This document shows positions 15,366 through 25,802 of a stretch of 64,000 bases of DNA, in pieces. The position numbers and the translations under genes are program-made. The first letter of the stretch is position 1; every line of letters begins with the position of its first letter. Source of the DNA: a virus (Duplodnaviria; Caudoviricetes); IMG/VR virus record IMGVR_UViG_3300045591_000321, positions 3 to 64,002 of that record. One strand, written 5' to 3'. The notes below the pieces were generated by a model. That model did not search any database. It was given only the letters and a program-made list of their open reading frames with translations, and was not told the origin of the DNA.

Positions 15366-16354
15366 GTTTCCAACTCCAAATTCATCGTGCAACCGATCAA
15401 ATCATGCGATACTGAAGCAACCGAAACTTTTATCTGGCTGCCATTTGCGCTGGTGTAATTATGAACGAGATCCCCTCGCCGCAAAAACGGGCAATCGACT
15501 GCATCGACGGCAAAAGTCTGTCCCGGCAATTTGTTATCGAACAGCATTTGCTCGGCCGTGGACTTCGCTGCCGCAAGCGAGGTATTAGAATCTCTCGCCT
15601 GAACCCGCTGAAGAGTTCCATACCGATAAGCATATTGTCCGTCGAGTGTGGCCTCTACCGGTGCGTTGCCGTTTTTATCCTCTTTGCCGGTAATCAGCAC
15701 CCGTGTAACAACGTTTTCCATGGAGCGCCCGAATGTCGCGGCCGTTGCATTTTGACCTGTACGGAGTTCATAAATTGTGGTGTTGCTCCCGCGATAGGCG
15801 ACGTCCAAGGCGTTATTTTCATACCTCATTCGATAGGATTTTCCGCTTTTGGCCTTTGTCTCCTTGAGCAGTTCCAGAAACATGTCAGAGATCTGGTTCC
15901 CCATCCATGCCTTCATCCCGTGCGTGATGCTGGAATAGGTATAGTGCAATGGAATTTTCCATCTGGAACAAATTGTCTGAAAGATGCTCTGAGTGTTCTT
16001 CCCGGAAGGGAAGAACAGAGCATCCTGACTGCTCTGCATGTAAATAAGCGGATCGTAACAGGTGATGGATAAAGACTGTGATTCCTGTCTGAAATCCTGC
16101 GTCCAGATTGGCCCATGGAATAGCTCTCCCTTCCGATCCCCGTCGTCACAGGACAAGTAGAGGATGTCACCGGGGTCCAACACGGAGCCGATATAGGTAC
16201 CGTCGGCCAGCACGTTCGCGAGCTCAATGGAAAGGGACTCGGCGAGCTGCCCTGACTGTTCTTCTAACACGCAGCGCGAGCAAGCACCCCGCAGTTGATA
16301 TTGTTTGCCGCCTTTATTGCACCACAGAGAGAATGCAGCGGGTAATGTAGCCAT
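15362..16354 (-). CDS. Baseplate hub protein (XkdQ-like)
   Basis: ITCYDPLIYM, SMENVVTRV, YGTLQ motifs and synteny. Confidence 0.82.
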   Translation of the reverse strand: MATLPAAFSLWCNKGGKQYQLRGACSRCVLEEQSGQLAESLSIELANVLADGTYIGSVLDPGDILYLSCDDGDRKGELFHGPIWTQDFRQESQSLSITCYDPLIYMQSSQDALFFPSGKNTQSIFQTICSRWKIPLHYTYSSITHGMKAWMGNQISDMFLELLKETKAKSGKSYRMRYENNALDVAYRGSNTTIYELRTGQNATAATFGRSMENVVTRVLITGKEDKNGNAPVEATLDGQYAYRYGTLQRVQARDSNTSLAAAKSTAEQMLFDNKLPGQTFAVDAVDCPFLRRGDLVHNYTSANGSQIKVSVASVSHDLIGCTMNLELET

Positions 16355-16367
16355 ACTGCACCCCCTT

Positions 16368-17345
16368 TCATGGAATCAGTAATTTTTCTCCAGGATAGAT
16401 ATATTTTCCGTTTGAGGAACTGCTCCGGCCGTGCTGTTTTGCGGTCGCTTCAATTGTGGATTTATTTGCGCTGTAGATCGCTGTCCATTTGCTCCCGTTA
16501 TGATATGCTTTTACAGCGATCCCCCATAGATTGTCACCGGAGACAACCGTGTATGTCTTTTGGGACGAAACGGCCGTGGCCTGACTTTTCGCTCCCCAGC
16601 CATGGAGATCAACAAGGCAAATGAAAACCGGCTTTGCGCTGCCGTTTATGTATATCCCGGAGCTCGCTCCCAAGCCGCCTTTAGCGGTACACGCATAATA
16701 CCAATTGTTCCCGCTCTGTTTTGTGAGGGATATATCCACGACACCGCTTGTGCCGGAAATAACGTTTGGGCGGCCAGCCGCACAGTACACGAGCGCCGTA
16801 TATTTCCCCCCTGGGGCAATTTTCACGGTCGTATGAGTATCGCACGTGTAACTGGACCCGTTCGCGGCCAAACTTCTCATGATCGTTCCGGAGGAAAGAA
16901 TCGAAACGACGCCGATAGTCGGGTTGAGGGCATTTTTTAGCTCGATACTGTAGCTGATATCCCCGAAGGCCCCGGCATAGGCCGGCAGGAAAGAAGAGAT
17001 GTAGACATCATAATTGATTCCGGTACCTGTGATGCTAAACTGCAGCCTCTGGTGATTCGCCCGCCATTTGTCGAATAAGGCCCGCAGCGTTTCCGGATCC
17101 TGCCATTCTCTCATAAATGCTGCGGGATAATTTTTCCGGGCCGCGCCGTAAAAAAAGCCATCCCATGAAGCAGTTGCAAGGTCAGAACCGCCCGGAAGAA
17201 TCATTTCCCCTTGGCCCATGACGTTGTAGCTAAGAAAGTTCGCTCCCGCCTGCATTGAAATTTTCGCCGGAAGCGTCGGCAGACGAATCCGGTTGCCATT
17301 CGCGGTAGCCGGATTCCCTGTCATTTCGGTAAAATAGATATCCAT
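16368..17345 (-). CDS. Tail-tube initiator/XkdP-like protein with an inserted beta-rich domain and C-terminal LysM
   Basis: IRLPTLPAKIS N-terminus; TYTVVSGDNLWGIAVKAY...IYPGEKLLIP LysM. Confidence 0.85.
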   Translation of the reverse strand: MDIYFTEMTGNPATANGNRIRLPTLPAKISMQAGANFLSYNVMGQGEMILPGGSDLATASWDGFFYGAARKNYPAAFMREWQDPETLRALFDKWRANHQRLQFSITGTGINYDVYISSFLPAYAGAFGDISYSIELKNALNPTIGVVSILSSGTIMRSLAANGSSYTCDTHTTVKIAPGGKYTALVYCAAGRPNVISGTSGVVDISLTKQSGNNWYYACTAKGGLGASSGIYINGSAKPVFICLVDLHGWGAKSQATAVSSQKTYTVVSGDNLWGIAVKAYHNGSKWTAIYSANKSTIEATAKQHGRSSSSNGKYIYPGEKLLIP

Positions 17346-20300
17346 TATGCAATTCCCTCCAGCGGCGTGTTGTCCTGACTCTTTTCAATGCCCTCCGCAA
17401 TCGCGTCGCTGACAACATTGGCAATTTCGTCCTTGTGGTCCTTGACCTGCTGCACAATGTCGCCGCCGGTACCGCCCTCAACAACGATCTTGATCTCCTG
17501 AATAACAACCTTGGTACCGCCGGTGCCGGTGACAACGCTGCCGGCAGAAACACGCTGCGGCTGCGGAGCCGGACTATCCGTTGAAGCCCTCGACGGAAAT
17601 TGGATGATTTGCCCGCCGAAGCCACCGTTGGCCTTGGCGTCAATCCTCTGGCCAAGTGCGCTCCCCGCCTGCTGCCAGAGCTGCACACCGCGGTCATGCC
17701 TTCGGCTACTGAGGGGAATTACCATCTCCGGGGTACCTTCCTCGCCGAGTAACGTTGTTGTCGGCCGTGAAACGAGACCGCCGGATGCCTTATGTGTTTG
17801 GGTGGACGCGTAGCCTTGCTGGTAGCCTTTACTCGCATTACTTATCACGCCAGCAAAGAAGTTTTTAATGTTTGTTGCCGCGTCGCCGACCCACCCTTTG
17901 ACTTTATCCGTTATCGACGAAAAAGCGGAAGAAACGGCCCCCGGCAGTGTTTGCGTGAAGAACGTCTTAATGGATGTTCCAGCGGCTTGTGCCGCCTGTG
18001 GAATAGTTTGCGTGAAAAATCCAGAAATGCCGGTCCAGAGCGTTCCAAAGAATGACGGTATCGTCGATGTGAAAAAGGTTCGTACCGTTGCCCCAACAAC
18101 TGCCAAGGCAGATGGCAGCGTCTGTGTAAAGAAGCCATACACACCGTTCCAGAGCATCCCGAAGAACGAAGGTACCGTCGACATAAAAAATGTGCTAATA
18201 GCTCCCCACACGGTTGCTCCAATGGCAGGAAGAGTTTTCGCGAAAAATCCGGATATTCCATTCCATACCATGCCAAAAAAGGACGGCAGAGTTGAGGTAA
18301 AGAACGTGCTAATGGCTCCCCAGGCGGTTGCCGCAGCAGCTGGCAGCGTCTGCATAAAGAAGCCGGATACTCCGGTCCAGAGCATTCCGAAAAACGATGG
18401 AATTGTATTTGTGAAAAATCCACCGACCGCGCTTCCAACCGCCGAAAGAGCCGGTCCGACCTGATTTACAAAAAATCCCCCGATACCGCTCATGAGTGTG
18501 TTGAACGCCTGAGGTAGGGTGTTTGAGAAAAAGCCAATAAAACGGCCTGCCGTAAACCCAATGGCATAGGGAATTTGCTGAGTAAACAGATTCGGAATCG
18601 TGTTCGTGAAAAAGTTTCCAACACCTGTACCCACCGTCTGAACGGCTTGAGGGACTGACTTCGTAAAGAAAGTTCCAAGGCCGGTTCCCATTGTCTGAAA
18701 GGCCTCGGGAACTTTTTTCGTGAAGACGTCGCCTATCGCTTTTTTCGCATTCGAAGCTGCCGGAGCAACCTTGGTACTCATGAAATTCCCGACGCTGTTG
18801 CCAAACTTACCTGCGGCGTCCGGGATCGTTTTTGTGAAAAATCCGCCAACAGCTTTCCCGGCATTATTCAAGGCGCCGCCCTTATCGGTGGAATTCGACA
18901 GGGCTTTTCCGGCGGCGTTCCCTCCTATGAGAGCACCGACACCACCCACGCCAGCACCAATAAGAGCTCCGGGGACAGCCCCAACTCCACCAAAGATCGC
19001 TCCGATACCGGCCCCGGCGGCAGCTCCGGTACCAATCATTCCAAGTTTTGTTCCACCCTGAAACTGTTTATCCTTTTGCGCCTTGCCGGCTTGCAACTTA
19101 CTGGAATCGTAAAAATCCTTCCCAGCGTCAACCGCCGCGACACCGGCCGTTAAGGCACCAGCGGTCGCGGCGGTTCCAGCCAGTGCCGCTCCACCAGCGG
19201 TAGCAGCGCCGGTACCCAGTTTAGTTCCGATGTTTCCGAACAGGCTCCCCGCTTTTGATGCACCGAATTTCTGTAAAAGGCTTCCGCCTGCGGCGGCCTC
19301 TCCCGCTTCCAACAGCGGCGTGCTCCTCCCGGACGGAAGCTCCGGAAGGCTACTGGACTTCGAGCCAGAAACAGGAACGCCCCCAGCAGGGCCGCCAAAA
19401 GTCTTTCCGGCGAGATTGACCACGTTTGCCAACACGTTCATTGTACTGACAGACGAGGCCGACGGCATGCTCATTCCTGCCCCGCCACCCGTGCTCTTTT
19501 TCCCGAATATGCCTTTCACGGAATCCAGTAAAGTTTTGCTGGATTGAATACCGTTTGCCATGCCTTTTACGAGGTTCGCACCAAGTTTTAGGCCCAGCGT
19601 GACCATAAGGACTTTATGCTGTTCGGCAAAATTCTGAAAAGCGTTTCCAATCTTTTGAAGATCGAAGCCCTTCATAAAGCCGGAAATAAAGCTTGATCCG
19701 AGATTTACCCCCTGTTGTTTCGCGTCACCTTCATTGAACCCGAGGATTGTGGTAATGCCTCCGGTAATTCCGGACCCAAGGCTTTCCCCGATACCGGATA
19801 GTTTCTTTGCAATTTTTCTTTTTCCAGTGCTATCCCACCAGGTAGAGAACGGCTGCGCGATTACCGAGTCCCAAGCAATTTTTATCTTCCCGCCGAGATC
19901 GGCGTTTTTGAACTGGTCCGAATTAAACACCTTTGTCATGCGGTCTTCGACGCGGCCCAGCACATCAAAAACCTTTGTGGAGAGCGCAGAGCCAAATGCT
20001 TCGAGGCTCGTTCCTGCTTTTTGAAGCGTTGGATCAATGTCCGAAAGGAATTTATTGAACCGCGAGAGACCTTTGATCGCGCCAGTCTGGAGGCCACGCC
20101 CCCATTTCGTGATAATACCAATGTCGAAGGTGTCTTGAATCTGAGACATTAAGCCAGAAGCCGTGCGGTTTGCCGTCTTATCCATCATGCCGTTGAACTC
20201 GCCCATACCTTTTACGATGGCATCAACGGCTTTATCTGCCGGGATCAGGCCTTTTTCGGCCATCTTCTGGATTTCCGGCACTGTTTTCCCCATGGATTGA

Positions 20301-21121
20301 GCGACATATTTCCAAGCATTGATGCTGTTGTCAGTCATTTGCAGCATTTCAGCAGAGGACATCTTGCCCTTCATCTTCATCTGTCCCAGGGCAACGATAA
20401 CACGCTGAATGCCCTCCGAACCGCCGCCAAGGGCGGCCTCGGCGTTTCCGATAGCGTTCAATGTCGGGATTATCTGCTTTGCGTTGAAGCCGTAAGCGAG
20501 CATTTGCTGGCTGTCTTTTACCAGGTCTTGCGTCCCGAAAGGCGTTGCAATCGCAAATTGTTGAATAGAAGACATCATTTGCTGCGCTTTTGAGGCGCTG
20601 CCGAGCATCGTCTCGAATCCCACGGACGCCGTGGAAAGATTGTCTGCCAAAGCCAGCGGAGCCCCTACGAACGCCTTTGCCGCCGCGCCGGTTACCATTC
20701 CGGCAATCAGAGTCTTTACCGACAGCAGCTTATCGGTGATCGTTCGGAGCGGCTCGGTAACTTTGTCAACGACCTTCAGTGTCGCGCTGAACACGGTCGA
20801 TGCAAAGGATTTGCAGCTTCCACGGACCAGATCGACCGTCTTCGTTACTTTGTCGGTTGCGTCCAGTGTCGCATTGAACGCACGCCGGGCGAAGGATTGG
20901 CCGCTACTGGTAGCCTCATGAATCTTTGCTGTGGCCCTGTCGTTCACATCAATCGTAGGCCGGGCGTGTGTTGCTCCGAATTTTGCTGTGTTTTTCTGCG
21001 CCCGTTCCACGGTTTCGTCGAATTTTGAGACGGTTTGTTCTTCTTGCTTAATATCCCGCGACATTTTATCTTGAAATTTTGCAACGACGTCAATTACGAC
21101 CTCGTTATTCCCACCATCCAC
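17345..21121 (-). CDS. Tape measure protein
   Basis: 1258 aa; tape-measure domain (FETMLGSASKAQQMM..FAIATPF) and periodic FF/W repeats. Confidence 0.93.
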   Translation of the reverse strand: MDGGNNEVVIDVVAKFQDKMSRDIKQEEQTVSKFDETVERAQKNTAKFGATHARPTIDVNDRATAKIHEATSSGQSFARRAFNATLDATDKVTKTVDLVRGSCKSFASTVFSATLKVVDKVTEPLRTITDKLLSVKTLIAGMVTGAAAKAFVGAPLALADNLSTASVGFETMLGSASKAQQMMSSIQQFAIATPFGTQDLVKDSQQMLAYGFNAKQIIPTLNAIGNAEAALGGGSEGIQRVIVALGQMKMKGKMSSAEMLQMTDNSINAWKYVAQSMGKTVPEIQKMAEKGLIPADKAVDAIVKGMGEFNGMMDKTANRTASGLMSQIQDTFDIGIITKWGRGLQTGAIKGLSRFNKFLSDIDPTLQKAGTSLEAFGSALSTKVFDVLGRVEDRMTKVFNSDQFKNADLGGKIKIAWDSVIAQPFSTWWDSTGKRKIAKKLSGIGESLGSGITGGITTILGFNEGDAKQQGVNLGSSFISGFMKGFDLQKIGNAFQNFAEQHKVLMVTLGLKLGANLVKGMANGIQSSKTLLDSVKGIFGKKSTGGGAGMSMPSASSVSTMNVLANVVNLAGKTFGGPAGGVPVSGSKSSSLPELPSGRSTPLLEAGEAAAGGSLLQKFGASKAGSLFGNIGTKLGTGAATAGGAALAGTAATAGALTAGVAAVDAGKDFYDSSKLQAGKAQKDKQFQGGTKLGMIGTGAAAGAGIGAIFGGVGAVPGALIGAGVGGVGALIGGNAAGKALSNSTDKGGALNNAGKAVGGFFTKTIPDAAGKFGNSVGNFMSTKVAPAASNAKKAIGDVFTKKVPEAFQTMGTGLGTFFTKSVPQAVQTVGTGVGNFFTNTIPNLFTQQIPYAIGFTAGRFIGFFSNTLPQAFNTLMSGIGGFFVNQVGPALSAVGSAVGGFFTNTIPSFFGMLWTGVSGFFMQTLPAAAATAWGAISTFFTSTLPSFFGMVWNGISGFFAKTLPAIGATVWGAISTFFMSTVPSFFGMLWNGVYGFFTQTLPSALAVVGATVRTFFTSTIPSFFGTLWTGISGFFTQTIPQAAQAAGTSIKTFFTQTLPGAVSSAFSSITDKVKGWVGDAATNIKNFFAGVISNASKGYQQGYASTQTHKASGGLVSRPTTTLLGEEGTPEMVIPLSSRRHDRGVQLWQQAGSALGQRIDAKANGGFGGQIIQFPSRASTDSPAPQPQRVSAGSVVTGTGGTKVVIQEIKIVVEGGTGGDIVQQVKDHKDEIANVVSDAIAEGIEKSQDNTPLEGIA

Positions 21122-21140
21122 CCACCGTCACCTCCCGTCC

Positions 21141-21332
21141 TCATTGTTCTTTGTGCGGCAAAGCCTGAATCGTCAGAGGAATTTCACCTTTTTCAAGGGC
21201 AGTGGTTATTGATGCCAGCGCGAAACCTCGCTGATTTTCGCTCCACGACATGACCTCCTGCGCCGGGTGCCCGGTGTACAGAAATATGTAGTGGAGCTTT
21301 GCAGCGAGTGGGCTGACCTGAATTAGTTTTTT
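21141..21332 (-). other. -1 programmed frameshift (A AAA AAC) and extension ORF of the tail assembly chaperone
   Basis: Canonical X XXY YYZ heptamer at 21332-21326 just before the stop; the -1 frame is open (KLIQVSPLAAKLHYIF...) to a stop at 21141, just ahead of the TMP. Confidence 0.8.
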
Positions 21333-21865
21333 GCGTATTCCTCAGAAGTCACCTTATTGGTATCATCGGGATAGCTGAGGCCCTGAATCTGCTGAACAAC
21401 GGCTTCTTTTTCGCCGATGGTCAGCACGGCATCGATAACCTGCACTCCCATCGCAATCGCCGGGTATTTCGCCTGAAGAGCGCGGATAACCTGAGGATTA
21501 TCCCAAGTTTTTGTGCGGTCTTCCGTAACCGTAGCAGTATAGATGATGTAGCTGTCCTCCAAAGAGCCGTCCGTAGATTTTTCAATCTTCGGCAGTCGGG
21601 GGTTTGCGGGGTTCGCCATATATGTCGTTGCCGATTTGTGCGCCTGAAAAGCTTCGTCCTCCGAAATGGGACGCACCCGGAACGTCGGAAGGACCTGTTT
21701 CCCGGCGCGCTTGATCGTGATAGGCACAAACAGCGATTCGTCCGTCTTATACCCGGCAGCCGACAGGAACATGGAAACGACGTCGGTTTCAGCTTCGGGA
21801 GTAGACACCGCAGCCGCATCAATACCGGTCTGCTCGACCGGCTGGTTCAAAATATTATCATCCAT
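21323..21865 (-). CDS. Tail assembly chaperone (XkdN-like)
   Basis: Between tube and TMP; FRVRPISEDE, VLTIGE motifs. Confidence 0.82.
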   Translation of the reverse strand: MDDNILNQPVEQTGIDAAAVSTPEAETDVVSMFLSAAGYKTDESLFVPITIKRAGKQVLPTFRVRPISEDEAFQAHKSATTYMANPANPRLPKIEKSTDGSLEDSYIIYTATVTEDRTKTWDNPQVIRALQAKYPAIAMGVQVIDAVLTIGEKEAVVQQIQGLSYPDDTNKVTSEEYAKN

Positions 21866-21883
21866 ATTATTTTTTCCTCCTTC

Positions 21884-22360
21884 TTACGAAAACAGTGATT
21901 GATAGCTCGGGATAGAATTGCAGCGGAATTTCCATTCACGCTTGACGATCTCGCCGGGGCTCAGAGACATGATGTCGATATCCCCATCAGGGATACAGTA
22001 GTTTGCAATGACCCGCTCTTCCTGAACGTCATAGCGACGGTTATATTTTCCTTGGAAGTCATACCACGGAATTTGACCCGCCGCGATTGCGTCCAGCAGA
22101 GGCCCAAGCATCAGATCGTCGCGGATAATGATCTCTGTCATAGAGAGGGAAACCGTTATTCCGGTGGGAATGCCATACGAAAGGATATTGCCTACAGGCT
22201 GAAGATCCGTGTTGTTGAAACTTGAGGTGATTTTGAAGGTGTCGCAATTTGCCAGGGGAATCGGTGCGTTGTCCCCCACCCCGACAAGAAGGAGTCCGTC
22301 TTTGCCGGTAATGACCTTCCGGGGGTCGAGGCCTTCAGGAACGATTGTTCTATTTGCCAT
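21884..22360 (-). CDS. Tail tube protein (XkdM-like)
   Basis: 158 aa directly after the sheath gene; VITGKDG N-terminus. Confidence 0.8.
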   Translation of the reverse strand: MANRTIVPEGLDPRKVITGKDGLLLVGVGDNAPIPLANCDTFKITSSFNNTDLQPVGNILSYGIPTGITVSLSMTEIIIRDDLMLGPLLDAIAAGQIPWYDFQGKYNRRYDVQEERVIANYCIPDGDIDIMSLSPGEIVKREWKFRCNSIPSYQSLFS

Positions 22361-22378
22361 AATTTTTTATGTCTCCTT

Positions 22379-23812
22379 TCACGCTGCGGAGCTGAACCGG
22401 AAGCGATAATGCAGATAGATTTTCTCCAAGCTGTCAAGATCGTCCGCATCGATGATAAACCACGCGCTATCCACAAGTGCGGGTTTGCTTGGGTCGACGT
22501 AGATAGTCGCACCATCCGCAAGTTTTTTCTCGCCGATCATCGCATCGAGGACCTTTTGAGCCGTCTGCATGGCGCTCGAAACCCCGTCGCTGTCGCAGTT
22601 CACTTTTCCCACGAGCGGCGCGAGCGCGCGGTCGACGCGATCCATTGTTTCATTGCGCGTAACGAGGCGACGGATATGTTCCCAGCCTTTATCCTCGTCC
22701 TTGCCGGGCTTGACGAGCGTGGTAACCTGAGAATCCAGCTGGACATTCCCGTTCGCATCCATGGAAATAGCGAGCATTCCGTGGGTGATGGCGTCCTCGT
22801 AGGCGGTATTGCTCAGATTTTCAATCAACGACACCGCGCCGGGAATTTCCGAGTGTACGACGCTCTGACTGGCCGGGGTGGATGATATCAAGCCGCAAAT
22901 GCGGCATACCGCCTGGTACCCGTCAATAGGCCCCGTGCTGTCATTCCAACCGCCGCCAACATAGATTCCCAGCTTGTCGTTACACTGGGCCGCACGAGCC
23001 AGACGATTGGCCCACCCTACGGACGTCGGATCACCAATGACCGCATAGCTCCACTTCCCGGATTCATATACACGGTCGATGTATTCCTGCAGCAGTGACT
23101 TCACCGCATCGTCGCAGGTGTCGACCGTGATAGCATTGAACCTGTAGGCTTCCAAGGCATTGAAGGCGTTGGAATAGTCACTGGTAACCACCGTCGGGTC
23201 CGTACCTCCCGCGAGGGCCGCACTTGACACGGTGGCAATTTCCCCGCTGCCGGCTGCGACCTGTTTCAGCGTGATATATTGGCTGCCGGCTTCCGCGACA
23301 GTCGCAATCAGTGTATCAATCTCGGAAGGAGAGTCGCTGCTTTTCGCCGCGAAATCGAATGTCTCCAAAATTTCCGTTCCTTCCGTAACGATCAGCTCTT
23401 TCTGCAAAGAATCACTGAGCTTCGCGCGGATTGTAACGGAAAGATTGCGGTTGCCGGGATACAGTGCGGACACAGTAAGCACGTCGGCGGGAGTGGAAGC
23501 TGTATCTTTCAGATTGACCGTCCCGGCCGTTCCTCCGGTACCCAGCCGATACACATAGACCTTGGATGCGCCGCCGTTGAAAAGTTCCAGCGCCGCATTT
23601 ACGGTCCCTCCTGTGCCATACATGGATTTCAGTTTCTCGACCTCCGAGGCCGTAAACAGGTTCACCGTCTCAAGAGGTCCCCAGCTCGCGTGAATCGGAA
23701 CCGCGCAAATGCCGTAAATTGCCCCGGTATTGTCCGTCGTGCCGCGATTGGAATAGCGATTGTATACGCCGGGCCGAATCTTTTCCTCATTTTCAAGGTA
23801 AAACTGTCCCAT
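22379..23812 (-). CDS. Tail sheath protein (XkdK-like)
   Basis: KIRPGVY, PIHASWGP, ALYPG, LAGGTD sheath motifs. Confidence 0.92.
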   Translation of the reverse strand: MGQFYLENEEKIRPGVYNRYSNRGTTDNTGAIYGICAVPIHASWGPLETVNLFTASEVEKLKSMYGTGGTVNAALELFNGGASKVYVYRLGTGGTAGTVNLKDTASTPADVLTVSALYPGNRNLSVTIRAKLSDSLQKELIVTEGTEILETFDFAAKSSDSPSEIDTLIATVAEAGSQYITLKQVAAGSGEIATVSSAALAGGTDPTVVTSDYSNAFNALEAYRFNAITVDTCDDAVKSLLQEYIDRVYESGKWSYAVIGDPTSVGWANRLARAAQCNDKLGIYVGGGWNDSTGPIDGYQAVCRICGLISSTPASQSVVHSEIPGAVSLIENLSNTAYEDAITHGMLAISMDANGNVQLDSQVTTLVKPGKDEDKGWEHIRRLVTRNETMDRVDRALAPLVGKVNCDSDGVSSAMQTAQKVLDAMIGEKKLADGATIYVDPSKPALVDSAWFIIDADDLDSLEKIYLHYRFRFSSAA

Positions 23813-24093
23813 TAGGCTTTAACCTCCTTGCTCTTGTACTTTGTGATAATTGCCTGGGCCTCTCCCTTGGTATAGGCCGTTTTCCCGGCCATGCGCAAGG
23901 CGGCCCGGATTACATCCGGCGTCGCGCCCATTGTCCGGAAAGCCGAGGCAAAATCGTCAATAGAATATGTGTCCAGTGCCGGAGCCGCGGTGACCGGGGT
24001 ATTGGCTCCGGTTGCTGGTGACGGGCTCGCTGCAGTGGGGGCCGGGGTGCTTGCTGCAGCGGTATTCGCCGCAGTGCCATTGTCACTTGCCAT
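23812..24093 (-). CDS. Small tail/neck protein
   Basis: Coupled ORF before the sheath gene. Confidence 0.6.
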   Translation of the reverse strand: MASDNGTAANTAAASTPAPTAASPSPATGANTPVTAAPALDTYSIDDFASAFRTMGATPDVIRAALRMAGKTAYTKGEAQAIITKYKSKEVKA

Positions 24094-24106
24094 AATTTTG
24101 AACCTC

Positions 24107-24982
24107 CTATCCAATAGTGATTGATTTGAACGGCGTTCCTCCGCCCATCTGGGCTTGGAGAACACCGTATGAGCCAGAAATGGTAATTTGGCCGCTTTTC
24201 AACGGATCGGCCCCGTTGTCAATCCGCATATTGCCGATGGAAAATGGGGAGCCGTCCGGGAAAAGAAGCCGCTGTCCTTGGCATAGAGCCTCGCCGAGAG
24301 CCTTTACAATACCGTTCCTGCGCGTTTGCGTGGGAGCGAATACATGGCCCTGCAACGTTGCCTGAAGCCACGCGACGGCCCAGTTGTCGTGATTCGACAT
24401 GACCGGGTCGCTCCGCACGTCGGACAAGCGCCAGTAGATGGCCGGGGCCTCGTCAGTCGGAGCCCAGGCATTATCAAGGCTGTCGACGGCGATTATTTTT
24501 GATTCGGGTATCTGCTTTTTCGTCTCGAAATTTACAAGGGCGACCGGATCCATGCTGTCTTCAGAGGTTTGCGCGGGAAACGCATATAGGTCATAGGTGT
24601 GGGTGCACCCGAAGATGCTATGGCTTTCGTCTGTCGTGAAATTGTCTGTGCGCAGCCACCGGGCCGCCACAGCCGGACCCTCATCAGACATAAAAAAGAG
24701 GCCGTCGATCGCGGCCTTGAGAATGGGGGATATTTCATCGAACTGAGCGCTTGAATCGGTACTTTCGACGTCAACGCGGAGCGTCCCGGTCGTTCGCCGG
24801 GTCGGGGACGCTTCCGTGTCAATATCGTACACGATGCGGCTGAATTGTTTTCCATCCCACCCGGCATCGTTGTCGGCGGGAACGATCTGCTCAAATACTG
24901 CCGGTTTGGAATTGTACGTCGCCAGCATTGGACCGAGTTGCTCATTTGCAAGAAGGTGCTGGTACAACTGACTTTCAATCAT
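24107..24982 (-). CDS. Tail terminator/neck protein
   Basis: Synteny in the head-tail module. Confidence 0.6.
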   Translation of the reverse strand: MIESQLYQHLLANEQLGPMLATYNSKPAVFEQIVPADNDAGWDGKQFSRIVYDIDTEASPTRRTTGTLRVDVESTDSSAQFDEISPILKAAIDGLFFMSDEGPAVAARWLRTDNFTTDESHSIFGCTHTYDLYAFPAQTSEDSMDPVALVNFETKKQIPESKIIAVDSLDNAWAPTDEAPAIYWRLSDVRSDPVMSNHDNWAVAWLQATLQGHVFAPTQTRRNGIVKALGEALCQGQRLLFPDGSPFSIGNMRIDNGADPLKSGQITISGSYGVLQAQMGGGTPFKSITIG

Positions 24983-24996
24983 TCACTGCACCTCCC

Positions 24997-25446
24997 TTAG
25001 AAATAAGGTCGGCTGTAAATGCGGTCGATCTGTTTCTTTGATTTTTCCCTTACTGTCTGCATGTAGGGCCTTGGCTTTATTTTTCCTTTTGGTGTGCCAT
25101 CTTCAAGCATTCGACCAAGGACGCGGCCACCAACCTTATAGGTGCTGACTGCATTTGAATGCACTTCCAAGTTATCCCCCACGCCCTCGGAATGGGTCTC
25201 GGGCCGCCATGAAGCCCGGAAAACGCCGGTTCTGTTAGCCGGTGATTCTCCGGGTGCCGAAGCGGTGTAATGCCTGCGTGTGTTCGGAATCAGATAGGTT
25301 CGGCCGTGGCGGCTCCCACGGAGAACAAGCTGTGTGTTGTTATACAGCACCATGGCCGCCGAAAAGCCGCGAGCGATCATCTGATTCGCGATGTGGCCCT
25401 TGATATCGCTGCAAATTTCTTCGATTTTTGCTGCCGCCTCATCCAT
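24997..25446 (-). CDS. HK97 gp10-like neck protein
   Basis: ASAPGESPANRTG.FR.SW, LEDGT..IKPRPY. Confidence 0.8.
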   Translation of the reverse strand: MDEAAAKIEEICSDIKGHIANQMIARGFSAAMVLYNNTQLVLRGSRHGRTYLIPNTRRHYTASAPGESPANRTGVFRASWRPETHSEGVGDNLEVHSNAVSTYKVGGRVLGRMLEDGTPKGKIKPRPYMQTVREKSKKQIDRIYSRPYF

Positions 25447-25795
25447 CTAATCCCTTCCTTTCTTGGCAAAAATAAATTACATACTGGTAAAGGTCGCCGG
25501 GGTTTGAAATCCCCTGCACATAAAAATATCGCGGTTTGGCCCCCTCTATTTCTATGGCGAGGACGTCTTCCGTCTCCGCGACGCAATCGGGGTTTTCCTG
25601 CACAATTTTACAGGTGATCGGGTGGTCCTTTTGCTTCCATGCAAGAATTTCATCCGACGTCGCATCGGTTATGATTCCATCAAGAAATCCACAAGGCGTT
25701 AGCCCCGCGCTCTTCGGACGACCTCCGGGCGTGCTGCCACCCTGCTTTGAGTAACAGGTAAATGTCTGCCACCCATCACCGGGACGTAAAAACAT
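25439..25795 (-). CDS. Head closure protein
   Basis: Size and synteny. Confidence 0.6.
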   Translation of the reverse strand: MFLRPGDGWQTFTCYSKQGGSTPGGRPKSAGLTPCGFLDGIITDATSDEILAWKQKDHPITCKIVQENPDCVAETEDVLAIEIEGAKPRYFYVQGISNPGDLYQYVIYFCQERKGLDG

Positions 25796-25802
25796 AGAAG
25801 CA

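Noticed and set aside
17850-18900. Periodic repeats in the tape measure gene
   Set aside because: Ordinary aromatic-residue TMP repeats
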